Virus record (IMG/VR): IMGVR_UViG_2693429668_000006
Length of the DNA stretch: 64,000 nucleotides
Source: a virus
Taxonomy: Duplodnaviria; Heunggongvirae; Uroviricota; Caudoviricetes
Reading direction: 5' to 3' (one strand)
Shown here: one piece after another, positions 37,435 through 47,248 of the stretch
How the letters are laid out: each line of letters starts with the position of its first letter
Position numbering within the stretch: the stretch's first letter is position 1
Program-made: the position numbers and the translations under genes
Notes under the pieces: generated by a model
Seen by the model: only the letters and a program-made list of their open reading frames with translations
Databases searched by the model: none
What the model was told of the DNA's origin: nothing

Positions 37435-38095
37435 AATGGATCACTCCGTTGGCAAAATAATTCCGACGCGCATTACAGGCGTCATAACGTTTTGTGCAGT
37501 AATCAGCACCAGACATAGACGTCTGCTGGTTATTTTTGTCGAAATATGGACCGGTATAGCCGCATTCTGGCCCTCGGTATTTCCACGGGCAGGTGTTTTT
37601 AATGATCTGACGATACGGCAGTTGCACCCCCATCAAATCGAACACACTGGACAATTCAAACTCGACAACCTGATGAGTTTCGAGAGTTTTCTGTTCGATA
37701 AACCACATTTCATCCGGGAAATGTTGGTTTGGATCTGCTGTTGGGTTGCCGTCTTTAAAATTAACGGCATCGAGGAAGCGAGCCAGCGTCATCTTGCGAA
37801 TAATGCGGCAGCCAACAAGATCGTCGTTCGCCTGAACTTCCGCAGAGACGGTTCCGGCAAAGTTCGATACCTGAATTTTTGGACGTGGCAACGTTCCCTG
37901 GCCAGTTTTGTCAAAGCCTGATGCTTTGATTGGCCACGGCTCGTATGTCACTCCTTGCCAGACGACCGGTTGCATCAGTTCGTTTGTTCCGGCGTGGAAG
38001 AATAACTTCCCCCCTGAAGTTGTGTTCGACATATCCAGTACGAACAACTCAATGAGTGCAGAGGGAGATAAGCTCTGAATATCAGCTTTAATTCC
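37400..38095 (-). CDS. minor tail protein (lambda gpL-like)
   Basis: C-terminal Cys cluster CPWKYRGPECGY...C..C; start set to internal ATG 38095 (MGIKAD, SD AAGGA) because ORF-track start 38131 lies inside a hairpin. Confidence 0.75.
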   Translation of the reverse strand, partial: GIKADIQSLSPSALIELFVLDMSNTTSGGKLFFHAGTNELMQPVVWQGVTYEPWPIKASGFDKTGQGTLPRPKIQVSNFAGTVSAEVQANDDLVGCRIIRKMTLARFLDAVNFKDGNPTADPNQHFPDEMWFIEQKTLETHQVVEFELSSVFDLMGVQLPYRQIIKNTCPWKYRGPECGYTGPYFDKNNQQTSMSGADYCTKRYDACNARRNYFANGVIHFGGFIGATRYG

Positions 38096-38180
38096 CATTG
38101 TTTCATCCTTGAAATAAGTAGGCGCTAACATCCTGTCAGCGCCACAATGATAGTAAATTAGTACTTACTTATCCAGATAC

Positions 38181-38516
38181 TTAAGCCTCAAATACTTGTC
38201 TGAATGTAGCAGTTAAGACACAGTACCCCTGATATCGCTTGACCGTATGACTGTCACATACAACTACAATCCGTTTTCCTCTTGGATTAACCCAATAGAA
38301 CGACTCAACGCCTGCTCGCTCAGTCAGGAAGTCATCGATTGCATTAATTTCGTTGTATGATCTGGTAAAGGTTAACGACCATTCTTCTTTAATACGATTA
38401 AGACCTTGAGCCTGTCGCTGCTCGTAGTCATCACCAAAATTAAGTACCGTTACATTCGGTTTTACGCTTTTTTCAGATTCGTAATCTGGATACCAATTAA
38501 ACGTTTGTCTTTCCAT
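38181..38516 (-). CDS. minor tail protein (lambda gpM-like)
   Basis: 111 aa; size and position between tape measure and gpL homolog. Confidence 0.7.
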   Translation of the reverse strand: MERQTFNWYPDYESEKSVKPNVTVLNFGDDYEQRQAQGLNRIKEEWSLTFTRSYNEINAIDDFLTERAGVESFYWVNPRGKRIVVVCDSHTVKRYQGYCVLTATFRQVFEA

Positions 38517-38558
38517 CTCACATCCTTGTGAGACTGCCCCGGTCGGGGCAGTCGATAG

Positions 38559-41500
38559 TTAGTTACGTTGAGTGTTTGGGTTGAGTGATCCGCCAGGGCG
38601 TTTCTCTTGAGCGATAGTCTCAAGCGCGATTGCTTTCATCCGTTGAGCGGCATTGTTCCATATGCTTTCTGTATCGCCGGATTCAGTTGTGCTACCGTCA
38701 CTATGGACGTTGATCTCAATTGATACAGGAGAAAGAACATTTCCTCCTCCACTCATACCATCGGTACTGAGCGTTACAGGGATTGTTCGACCATCAGGCA
38801 ATGGAACATACGCCTCATTCATAGAACCTTCCCCAAACAACGCTAATTGAGGTGAGTTAGCAATACCGCCTTTCTGGTATGCCCGGAGCGGGATCACGCC
38901 GTCTTTTCCGAATATTCCGCCATTTGCAAACTTCGGGATTGCAGGAATGCCTTTAGTTCCGTCAGCCACACTGCTGGTTGCGGTTTTAGCAGAGCTTGAT
39001 GTCACGCTGTCGAAACCACCGCCAGCCCATACTGAAACCAAACCAGATGCAACTGTCGCGCCGAAATTCAACCACTTATTACCAGAGCCGGAAGCATTAG
39101 CTCCAAGCATTGCAAACGCGGCAGACAGAGCGCCGGTAACAGAGCTGAGGTTCTGCATCGAGAAGATGGAGTCCTTCACTGCTTTTGTCTCAGCATCTTT
39201 GGCTTCGGTGCTATTAAATAGCCCTGATACCCAGCTACCAATCGCATTTGTTGCTGTGCCAATTGCGCTGGTGGTCTGCTGTGTCGTTTGCCCCAATCCA
39301 GTTACCGAACTGGACGTCTCCTTCGTGGCTTCTCCTACCGACTTGTCGCCATTAACAGTGTTGCTTATGCGCACACCTTGATTGGCAACTGCGGAAGCAA
39401 CCCCGGTGAGCAAATTACCACTCTGTGAACTACCAGCTGCGGTGGTTCCCATTCCCAACATGTTCATTAGAGGCAGCGTGATCTGCGACTTCACGACCAT
39501 ATTGGTGATATCTTTCAAAATGGACTGAGATAGGCTGGAGAAGCTCATCTTCCCGTTAATAACGAAATCAGTCAGGACATCAGTTAAGCCACTAAACAAA
39601 TCAGTCCAGGTGCTTTCGATCTGCTCTGCCAGATTTTCGTATTCCAGTGCCAACTTCTGCGTCGCAGTCCCCGTCTCTTTAATAAGCGCGGTATTGCCAG
39701 CAGCAATCAGTTGATTGATTTTCTTTGTATAAAGCGCCACAACTTTAGGATCAGACGCCTTATCACGAAGTTCTATCAACGCTTTGAGATTGCGGTTGTA
39801 GGTGTCTTCGAAATCAGCAACTTTCTCTTCGCGAGACGGCGTATAGCCAGCACTAATAATGGAATCCGCCTCCGGTGCCCAAGTGGAGATCATCTGCTCA
39901 ACATTGCGGCGATTAAACATCTCACGATATTCAGGTGTCGCATTTTTGAGGTCTTCAAGACGTTTTTTCGCCTTGTCGATCATCTCTTGAGTGATGAACT
40001 CGTTAGGAACCGCATTAGCCAAATCTGTCAGCGATTTCGTTGTATCGCGAAGAGACTGATCAAACGATACCGTAGCCTTAGAGCTTTCACCCATTTGCCC
40101 CATAAGCTGATCGGCTTTGTCCAGAGCCTTCTGGTATCCGGCTGCCAGTTTCTGTTGCGCTGCCTGTTCCTTCTTGGCCGCACGCTGCGAGGCGTTAGCT
40201 GATCGTTGGGCTGCTTTCTCGGCAGCTGCTGCATCCTGTTCACGAGCTTTAGTAAGTGCGGCAATGGCTGCGGCACGCTCTTCATCGCTCATTTTCTCCA
40301 GAGAGCTGGCACTGGATGCTTTCTGCAAATTAAGCTGCGTCTTGAGTTGTTTAGGCCCAATAATCGGCTTACCTTCGAAGTCCATCATCGGAGTGCCGTC
40401 AGGCAAAGTACGCTGATAAGTCGCAGAATCCATCTGGTTTCGCATATATTGCGCCAACGCCTTCTGAGCAGCTTTATCAGTTGTACCTAACCCAAGAACA
40501 GTCCCCTGGTTTGACATTACGCCCTTACCAGTTTTGGCCGCGTTATCTCTCTCGAACTCTGCCTGAGTAAGTTCCTGAGCAACGGCTTCCAAATGCTCCT
40601 GATAACCACGAATACTGCCTTGCAGTTTCTGGATTTGCTCGGTATTGCCATCCTTTTTGGCTTTTTCAAGCTGATCATTAAGAGTCGCGATTTGCTTCTC
40701 GGTCGCATTCTTACGAGAAGAAAGTGAATCAACCAGTTTTTGCGCAGGCTCCAGATAGCTTTTGTTTACCGTTTCACGTAACGGTGCCAATAGCTTGTTC
40801 TTTTCGTCATCTGAAAGTGAACCGTCATCATTGATTTTCTGGATCTTATCCAGAGCCTCCTGCCGGGCTTTCACGAATGTTGCCGCGAAAATCTGGTTTT
40901 CCGCTCGAATTTTCTCAATCTGAGATTCGGCAGCCTCTTTAGCCAAACGCTTTGCTACAGCGCCGTCACCAAGAGCTATCGTGCCGGTTATCTTTTGATA
41001 CTCTTCCTGATTTTTTTTCAGGCGTGCTTCGATGTCAGCCTTCGACTCTTTGTGAGTAATAACACCGGCAGAGTTAGATACGTAATTAACACCCTCACCA
41101 GTTTTTAATGCTCGTTGATCAGCAAGAATCTGCTTTTCGAGCTTTTCTGCGCGGTCGGCCATTTGTGCACGTTTGGCCGCCGTCATCGCCTCTGGTATTT
41201 TCCTAATCTCGTCAACGACCTTTGAAGTTTCGCTGCGGAGCATGGTCATGTACGTGATTAGGCCAGCAACAGCTACAGTGGCAACTGTAAATGCTGCCCC
41301 TATAGGGTTTGCTGCAATGAACGCCGTTAATCCAGCAAAAGCGCCTTTAAGCCCCGTAATCGCCCCACGGATGGCGAAAATAAGAGAGGGGATCGGAGCC
41401 AGCCCCATACGTGCCGCACGATTGAATCGGGTTACTGCTGTAGCGCCGAGGTTAAATGGAGTCTGTATGGCGGTCGCCATCGTGGCAAAGGTGCTAACCA

Positions 41501-43133
41501 TCTGGCTGCCTGCGCCAACTACCCCCATGATCCCTGCTCGCATCAGTTTGAACGCAACCATCGCGGCCACGACCTTACCGAGATTAATTACCAGCTCTTG
41601 GTTCTTTGCTAACCATTGAGCAAGCTGACGCAACCCATCGATTGCCGTCGTTAACCCCGAGCCTAAAGAATTGGCAAACGAAATCCCTTCGGCGCTATTC
41701 ATGATTGAAGCCAGTTCTTTCATCCCCTTCGATAGAGAATCCAGATATCCGGCCTGACCAACCCGATCAGCAAATAACGTGAATGACGTCTGAAGTTGCG
41801 CCAGCGCACCTGTGTAGGTTTGCATCATGTCTTTCGCTGCGTTCTCATTCTCCGCACGCAGACCAACAAACATCAGAGACAACGCCTGTTTTGCCTCAAC
41901 CGTACCGCTGGCAACGGCTTTAGTCAGTTCCCCCATAGTGATGCCTGCGGCGTCTGCCATTGCCTGCATCGCGTTAGGAACGGCTTCACCTAATTGCTGA
42001 CGTAGCTCTTCCATTGACACAACGCCCTTACCGGACATCTGCTGAACGGCCACAGCCGCACGTTTCAACAGCTCACTATCACCACCAAAACGAGCAACGG
42101 AGTCCACCAGCGCCTTCAGAGAACCATCGGTTGGATCTAAGCCAGCAGAACGAAACTTCACGAAGGAATCTGTTAACGCCTGCATCGCGAACGGCGCATT
42201 TTGCGCCATGTCTACGATGTACTTCATATCATCAGCGGCAGCCTGGCCCGGGTTGGACTTCTCCTTATTCAACCCTCGAAGCATCACCCGCATACGTTCC
42301 ATTTCGGCCGCAGCTTCAACAATAGGCTTCTGCCACCCAAACATGATGTCAGTAACCGTTCTGGCTGCATCTCCGATCTCGCCAAGCAGGAAAATGTTGC
42401 CACGAAGGCCAGAGAATATACCTCCTTCGTTACTTTTACCGCTATGGCCAGAAGCGCCGCTACGCCGCCCGCTACCACCATCGCCACTTCCAGATGTACG
42501 AACGCGTACCGGCTTGCTAATCAGTTGCTGACGTCCGATAACTTCGTCCATCTGCTCACGAACCTTTTTCAGTCCCTCGGCAGCCTGACTCGTTGTGACA
42601 CCCCAATTACTGAGTCGCTTCGTCGTGGTATTAAGGCGCGTATTCATGCCACTCACGGACGCAGAGGCTTCTTTGGCCTCCGTACCAAAGCGGCTTGCGC
42701 TTTTGCTTGCATAGGTCGCCCAATCAGAGAAATCATTTAGCTCTGATTGCACTTTACGTAATGACGCGGTGAGTTTATCTACTGAAGAAGTTGTCGTATC
42801 GACGCGCTCAATCAGGGCTTTAAGACCAGAATTGAGGCTGGTGATGTTGCCACGCATTTTACGCGTAGCATCTGAAGCAAGCTCAAAACCGGCAGCTACA
42901 TCCTGTAGTTTATCTGCCGTAGAATCGAGCTTGCTTTCCAGAACGCCAATGATACGGGCGACCGAACCCAAAGAGCGTTCAAAGGTTTGGATTTTTTGAG
43001 CAGGCTTTGTTACCTGCTCACCAAATCGAGTAAGCAGTTTCCCCGCACGATCGATTGACGCTGTAAACTGTTTGTCTTCCAGCGACAGGATAAACTCTAC
43101 GTTTTGTGACATTCCCTTGTCATCCTCTGCCAA
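38559..43133 (-). CDS. tail tape measure protein
   Basis: 1524 aa, largely alpha-helical/coiled-coil with internal hydrophobic segments and Gly-rich C-terminus; directly downstream of tail chaperone pair. Confidence 0.9.
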   Translation of the reverse strand: MAEDDKGMSQNVEFILSLEDKQFTASIDRAGKLLTRFGEQVTKPAQKIQTFERSLGSVARIIGVLESKLDSTADKLQDVAAGFELASDATRKMRGNITSLNSGLKALIERVDTTTSSVDKLTASLRKVQSELNDFSDWATYASKSASRFGTEAKEASASVSGMNTRLNTTTKRLSNWGVTTSQAAEGLKKVREQMDEVIGRQQLISKPVRVRTSGSGDGGSGRRSGASGHSGKSNEGGIFSGLRGNIFLLGEIGDAARTVTDIMFGWQKPIVEAAAEMERMRVMLRGLNKEKSNPGQAAADDMKYIVDMAQNAPFAMQALTDSFVKFRSAGLDPTDGSLKALVDSVARFGGDSELLKRAAVAVQQMSGKGVVSMEELRQQLGEAVPNAMQAMADAAGITMGELTKAVASGTVEAKQALSLMFVGLRAENENAAKDMMQTYTGALAQLQTSFTLFADRVGQAGYLDSLSKGMKELASIMNSAEGISFANSLGSGLTTAIDGLRQLAQWLAKNQELVINLGKVVAAMVAFKLMRAGIMGVVGAGSQMVSTFATMATAIQTPFNLGATAVTRFNRAARMGLAPIPSLIFAIRGAITGLKGAFAGLTAFIAANPIGAAFTVATVAVAGLITYMTMLRSETSKVVDEIRKIPEAMTAAKRAQMADRAEKLEKQILADQRALKTGEGVNYVSNSAGVITHKESKADIEARLKKNQEEYQKITGTIALGDGAVAKRLAKEAAESQIEKIRAENQIFAATFVKARQEALDKIQKINDDGSLSDDEKNKLLAPLRETVNKSYLEPAQKLVDSLSSRKNATEKQIATLNDQLEKAKKDGNTEQIQKLQGSIRGYQEHLEAVAQELTQAEFERDNAAKTGKGVMSNQGTVLGLGTTDKAAQKALAQYMRNQMDSATYQRTLPDGTPMMDFEGKPIIGPKQLKTQLNLQKASSASSLEKMSDEERAAAIAALTKAREQDAAAAEKAAQRSANASQRAAKKEQAAQQKLAAGYQKALDKADQLMGQMGESSKATVSFDQSLRDTTKSLTDLANAVPNEFITQEMIDKAKKRLEDLKNATPEYREMFNRRNVEQMISTWAPEADSIISAGYTPSREEKVADFEDTYNRNLKALIELRDKASDPKVVALYTKKINQLIAAGNTALIKETGTATQKLALEYENLAEQIESTWTDLFSGLTDVLTDFVINGKMSFSSLSQSILKDITNMVVKSQITLPLMNMLGMGTTAAGSSQSGNLLTGVASAVANQGVRISNTVNGDKSVGEATKETSSSVTGLGQTTQQTTSAIGTATNAIGSWVSGLFNSTEAKDAETKAVKDSIFSMQNLSSVTGALSAAFAMLGANASGSGNKWLNFGATVASGLVSVWAGGGFDSVTSSSAKTATSSVADGTKGIPAIPKFANGGIFGKDGVIPLRAYQKGGIANSPQLALFGEGSMNEAYVPLPDGRTIPVTLSTDGMSGGGNVLSPVSIEINVHSDGSTTESGDTESIWNNAAQRMKAIALETIAQEKRPGGSLNPNTQRN

Positions 43134-43389
43134 ATATTTGCATCAGTTGCTCTTTGGCGTCAGGGTCTGCCTTATCCTGGCTTGGATCGTAGACTTTATC
43201 TGTTACGACTGGTCTTCCAATCCTGAGTTGCAAACCCTCCATGAACGCCTTCACAGCCTCGCCATCCGCCTGGGACGCACGAGCGACTTGTAAGTTGCGG
43301 ACATCCTCTTCCGCACGCAGACGGTCTATATTGCGACTGAGCATCCAGAACATCGTGAGAGGAACGTTCAGTAGCTCTAATGGCGACAC
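43120..43389 (-). CDS. tail assembly chaperone, downstream (-1 frame) segment; likely expressed as a frameshift fusion
   Basis: ORF-track start is GTG with no SD; the same frame is open upstream to 43506, overlapping the 3' end of the G-like gene in the -1 frame. Confidence 0.55.
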   Translation of the reverse strand: MSPLELLNVPLTMFWMLSRNIDRLRAEEDVRNLQVARASQADGEAVKAFMEGLQLRIGRPVVTDKVYDPSQDKADPDAKEQLMQIFGRG

Positions 43390-43469
43390 GGCGTAGTGAG
43401 CAACTACACGACTGAAATAGAATCCGAGATCTATTGAGACGGTCCTTGTCCCGGATTCATCGCGGGAAA

Positions 43470-43787
43470 TTACTTTGCCCCTTCGCCAGCCGCTTTTTCG
43501 TTTTCTTCATCAATCACTTCCATAGCGAAGGTGAAGATCTGCTGGAGTTGCGGAACAGTCAGTTTTTCAAGAACTTCGTCAGGTACTGAAGGGATAACCT
43601 TACGAACCAGATCTGCATAAGCTGTCACTTGCTCAACAGGAGACATATTCATGAGATCTTTGCCTTCCATCTGCTTGATGGAAACGAACAGACCTACCGT
43701 CATTTCAACGATGGGATATTCCTGACCGCCAAATTTGATGCTTTTCTTCGGAGGCAGAATGGAATCTAGATCGAGTAATTTGGTCAT
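43470..43787 (-). CDS. tail assembly chaperone (gpG-like)
   Basis: 105 aa acidic protein between major tail and tape measure genes; SD AAAGGA upstream. Confidence 0.7.
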   Translation of the reverse strand: MTKLLDLDSILPPKKSIKFGGQEYPIVEMTVGLFVSIKQMEGKDLMNMSPVEQVTAYADLVRKVIPSVPDEVLEKLTVPQLQQIFTFAMEVIDEENEKAAGEGAK

Positions 43788-43799
43788 TGGTTAAAATCC

Positions 43800-43828
43800 T
43801 TTTAAAAGAGAGGCCCATCCTGAGCCTC
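43800..43828 (-). terminator. rho-independent terminator directly after the major tail protein gene
   Basis: Stem GAGGC-ccatcctga-GCCTC; on minus strand followed by TCTTTTAAAAGGATTTT. Confidence 0.5.
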
Positions 43829-43842
43829 TGCTTAATTACTGA

Positions 43843-44625
43843 TTAATCTGCGGGGTTAATCGTTACTGACTTAGTTGCCTTCTTACCACCGCTATTGCTG
43901 GTGAAGGAGATATTTGTAGAACCCTGCGCCACACCACGTACCAGACCCGTTTGATCTACCGTGGCCTTTTCCTGGTCTTCGGATTCCCAAACACCGGTTT
44001 TGTCTGCGGCATCAGCTGGAGTGATTTCGGCTGTCAGTTGCACAGTTTCTCCAGCTTTTACGGTTGGAGATTCCGGTGAGATCGACACAGTTTTTACCGG
44101 TTTAGGACCGCTCATTTTGCCCAGAACGCCTTCATCATCCGGGTATGCGCTGAACTGAACAGAGAACACACGAACATCATCAGACTGGTAGGTCATAGTG
44201 AAGTTGCCCGCGGTTGCCGCTTTCGGGATGGTCAACACATAGTCGGTGGTGTCCTGCGGAGTCAGAACCAGCTCCTTCGCCACATCAATCAGGTTAACGC
44301 CCTGTGCAGATGTGATCGTGACAGAGTTGTCATCTTCGCTCAGAGTAGAACCAGGCATCAGGTCAACCATGTTTTGGAGTACAGACTCAGCCAGAGGCGC
44401 GGTGATGGTAATGTTGCGCCCCTGAACTAATTCGGAAATTACGGTCTGCCCCAACTGATCGACGGTGACTTTCAGCGTTTCAGTGGCTACTTCAACCTGA
44501 ACACCACCTTTGGTGTAACCCAAATCCACACCACCAAACGACACCTTACAGGCACCAAGTTTGATGTTTTTTACATGGGTATTAGACATTGATGGAAAAC
44601 TCCTTTTTCCGTTAATTCTACGCAT
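43843..44625 (-). CDS. major tail protein with C-terminal Ig-like (Big_2) domain
   Basis: 260 aa; C-terminal Big_2-like segment; real start possibly the internal ATG (MSNTHV) near 44586. Confidence 0.75.
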   Translation of the reverse strand: MRRINGKRSFPSMSNTHVKNIKLGACKVSFGGVDLGYTKGGVQVEVATETLKVTVDQLGQTVISELVQGRNITITAPLAESVLQNMVDLMPGSTLSEDDNSVTITSAQGVNLIDVAKELVLTPQDTTDYVLTIPKAATAGNFTMTYQSDDVRVFSVQFSAYPDDEGVLGKMSGPKPVKTVSISPESPTVKAGETVQLTAEITPADAADKTGVWESEDQEKATVDQTGLVRGVAQGSTNISFTSNSGGKKATKSVTINPAD

Positions 44626-44663
44626 TCATTGCGCTAATAGTAAGTATATACTTACCAATTGAG

Positions 44664-45020
44664 TTAATTCAATAAATAGCCAGCAAATTCAACAGGAATG
44701 CCTGCTTCTATTAATGCCCCATCATTTTTGGGATAAATGATTGGCATCGCCATCGGTCGTACAAGTCGAAAATAAACACCACCAGATTCCGTTTCCTCTA
44801 CTGGAAACATCTCAATGATTTTATTGGCTTTCTCAACCGTCGTAGTAATTGACGAACCACGCACAATGATTGTGAATGATTCGTGATAAAAGCCCTGTAG
44901 CTCATGATCGATGCTGATACCGGTATTTGGGTTAATAAGCAGGACGCCAGATTTCACATTGGCAGGCAAGTAGTGACAGAAAATATCAGTCCCGACCGTG
45001 CCAATCTTTGCCTTCTGCAT
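44664..45020 (-). CDS. tail terminator / tail completion protein candidate
   Basis: ORF-track ORF trimmed to internal ATG at 45020 (MQKAKIGTVGT) to avoid overlap with upstream gene; position between HK97 gp10-like gene and major tail gene. Confidence 0.5.
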   Translation of the reverse strand: MQKAKIGTVGTDIFCHYLPANVKSGVLLINPNTGISIDHELQGFYHESFTIIVRGSSITTTVEKANKIIEMFPVEETESGGVYFRLVRPMAMPIIYPKNDGALIEAGIPVEFAGYLLN

Positions 45021-45048
45021 CAAACTTGCAAACGCTTCAATAAACACA

Positions 45049-45522
45049 TTAACCTCTCGTAAAACCGGCTTTTCTGGCAGCCTCCAGAATCGCTTCTGAG
45101 AACTGCTTCTCGCTAATTTCCACCGCTCTTTCCAGAAAGTGTGGCCCAACACGAGGTTTAACACCGGCAATTGGTGGGTTTGTCACGTTCTTCATTCGAG
45201 AAAGATAACCGAGTCGGTATTTACCCAGCTCCATGTACTTAGCATAGTCACCTACTTCTACGCCCGGATGCCCCTGACGTGGTTTTGCTCCAGACACAGA
45301 AAGCTCAATGCGCAGCCCTGAATAACCTTCTTTAATCACCCTGGCAAAGATAGCTGTCTCCAGAGATCCGGTTTCCAGCGGAGCCATTGCACGGCTGAGA
45401 CGCTCAACCAAACGCGCCAGCTTTTCCATGTCCCGGATAAGATATCGCTTAAATGCTTTCTGGCTGTTGTTGAGTCGATTCCCCGCACGTTTGAACTGAT
45501 GCGCATCGTATTTCAGACCCAT
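45049..45522 (-). CDS. HK97 gp10-like tail-component protein
   Basis: 157 aa; position and size; assignment from synteny and general similarity. Confidence 0.5.
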   Translation of the reverse strand: MGLKYDAHQFKRAGNRLNNSQKAFKRYLIRDMEKLARLVERLSRAMAPLETGSLETAIFARVIKEGYSGLRIELSVSGAKPRQGHPGVEVGDYAKYMELGKYRLGYLSRMKNVTNPPIAGVKPRVGPHFLERAVEISEKQFSEAILEAARKAGFTRG

Positions 45523-45953
45523 ATATTCGCCCCTACTTCAAGATGCCCAGGTCTTCCTCGTAGCCCCCAGCGGCGATGAACACTGGACACCTTTAATTTT
45601 TGACCTTCAAGGATCAGCACATCATCAAGTTGTACAGCCGCTTCTAAAGGGACAACTAACACAGCATCAAACAGCTCCAGACTCGCCTTACCACGACTAC
45701 CAGAGCTATCAGCACGAACTGACGATTTCTCATTACTCTGTTCGAACTTAACCACGCCGACATTCGTCTTCCTGACGAATTGTAATTGCGCCTCGCCGTA
45801 AACGTTCTTTGCGCCAAAGCGGTAGATCGCAATTTCTGTTTGCCACGAAATATTCATGCTCTCTCTCTGTTGTTGTCGGTCGCTCTCATTACTGGCCAAA
45901 AACCCTTTCGACCAAAAGTAAATAATGCGACTGGCGTTACGCACGGCGAACAA
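45513..45953 (-). CDS. head-tail joining / head closure protein candidate
   Basis: ORF track; alternative internal start MNISWQ at 45857; between connector-region genes. Confidence 0.45.
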   Translation of the reverse strand: MFAVRNASRIIYFWSKGFLASNESDRQQQRESMNISWQTEIAIYRFGAKNVYGEAQLQFVRKTNVGVVKFEQSNEKSSVRADSSGSRGKASLELFDAVLVVPLEAAVQLDDVLILEGQKLKVSSVHRRWGLRGRPGHLEVGANIWV

Positions 45954-46770
45954 TCATACGGTTGTTGATGTAACTGACCAGCAAGCGCCAGGTACTGCGA
46001 GCCACATGAACGTTTGCAGCTTTACCGGTACGGTACATGTTGGTTGTTTCACCGATTGACTCTGACAAAATGCCATCCTCTCGTGCTGCGGCAACATCAT
46101 TGCCATTTGCGATCTCACACGCTTCGTTGACAACGGCAAGCATCAACGCTTCTTTGAAGTAGTCAGGGAACTCTTCAAACTGCTCCTGCGTCATCTTTTC
46201 CCAATCGACTAAATCATGCCGGTACGCTCCATCTGCTCCCCACGGAATGTCATACACATTCAGCATATTTTGAGGGCGATCGTATCGGTCAAAGTCGATA
46301 CGTAGAATTTTGCGGATTGAGAACGGTAAAGTTTTAATTCGTCTGGTAGCCTCAATGAGACGCTTGCGCATTAAGCCTTCACCATCCGACAGCAAAGTGT
46401 CCCCATTCAGCATATCGATCGCCTGCATTTGAGCATCAGCGACAGTTGCAAACGACTGTTCTGGTATCGACAGTTCAAAACTATTCAGCAGAACATACAT
46501 TTGCCGCTCTTCATGCGTCAGACCCGATGCAACAGCCTTCACAATGACGTACCGCAGATCGCGTTCTTTCTCAGAGAGCTGGTTATATTCAGCCGACACG
46601 ACAACCGGAATCGACATTTGACCGCTGGTAATTTCTAGCGGCTCGCCATCAACGAGAATAGCCCCGGTGCTGTCCTTTACTGTGTAGGTAGCAGATTCGA
46701 TATCCAGCACGTTGAAGGCAAATGAAAGGGAAACAGCTTCACCGCTACGATACGAGTCGATCTGCGCCAT
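45937..46770 (-). CDS. hypothetical structural protein (277 aa)
   Basis: ORF track; within head-tail connector region. Confidence 0.45.
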   Translation of the reverse strand: MAQIDSYRSGEAVSLSFAFNVLDIESATYTVKDSTGAILVDGEPLEITSGQMSIPVVVSAEYNQLSEKERDLRYVIVKAVASGLTHEERQMYVLLNSFELSIPEQSFATVADAQMQAIDMLNGDTLLSDGEGLMRKRLIEATRRIKTLPFSIRKILRIDFDRYDRPQNMLNVYDIPWGADGAYRHDLVDWEKMTQEQFEEFPDYFKEALMLAVVNEACEIANGNDVAAAREDGILSESIGETTNMYRTGKAANVHVARSTWRLLVSYINNRMIVRRA

Positions 46771-47204
46771 TACTCACCGCCTTGTGCTTTCAGGATGCCT
46801 TCAATCATCTCGACAATTCCTTTCGCTTTGACACCAACCTGATTACCAATCACACGTAGACCGGCAATGCCTTCATTGTCTGCAATTGACTCCAACTCTT
46901 CTCGTGTGAAAGTCTGGATCTGTTTGGCCGGTTCATCTGGTGTCCCACGTTTCATTGGCACAATGTCAGGTGCTGCTGGCTCGGTAATCAGGTCTGCGGT
47001 CAACTCGCCACGATCACTGTATGCGGCAGACGGAGAAACATTTTTGCCCTCGACTGTTGATGCTCGCATTGAGGCACAAATCCTTTGCTGATCGATAAAA
47101 GGCAACTCCGCTACGGACACCCCGTTCTCGAACTGAACGCCGCACAACATTCCCGAATAACCGGAAAATTGCGGTTCTAATAAAACAATTTTTGCTGGTT
47201 TCAT
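46770..47204 (-). CDS. hypothetical structural protein (144 aa)
   Basis: ORF track; stop/start overlap with downstream gene. Confidence 0.45.
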   Translation of the reverse strand: MKPAKIVLLEPQFSGYSGMLCGVQFENGVSVAELPFIDQQRICASMRASTVEGKNVSPSAAYSDRGELTADLITEPAAPDIVPMKRGTPDEPAKQIQTFTREELESIADNEGIAGLRVIGNQVGVKAKGIVEMIEGILKAQGGE

Positions 47205-47248
47205 AACGCATTCTCTCTACTTGGGCGGCTTTCGCCGCCCAATATTGA

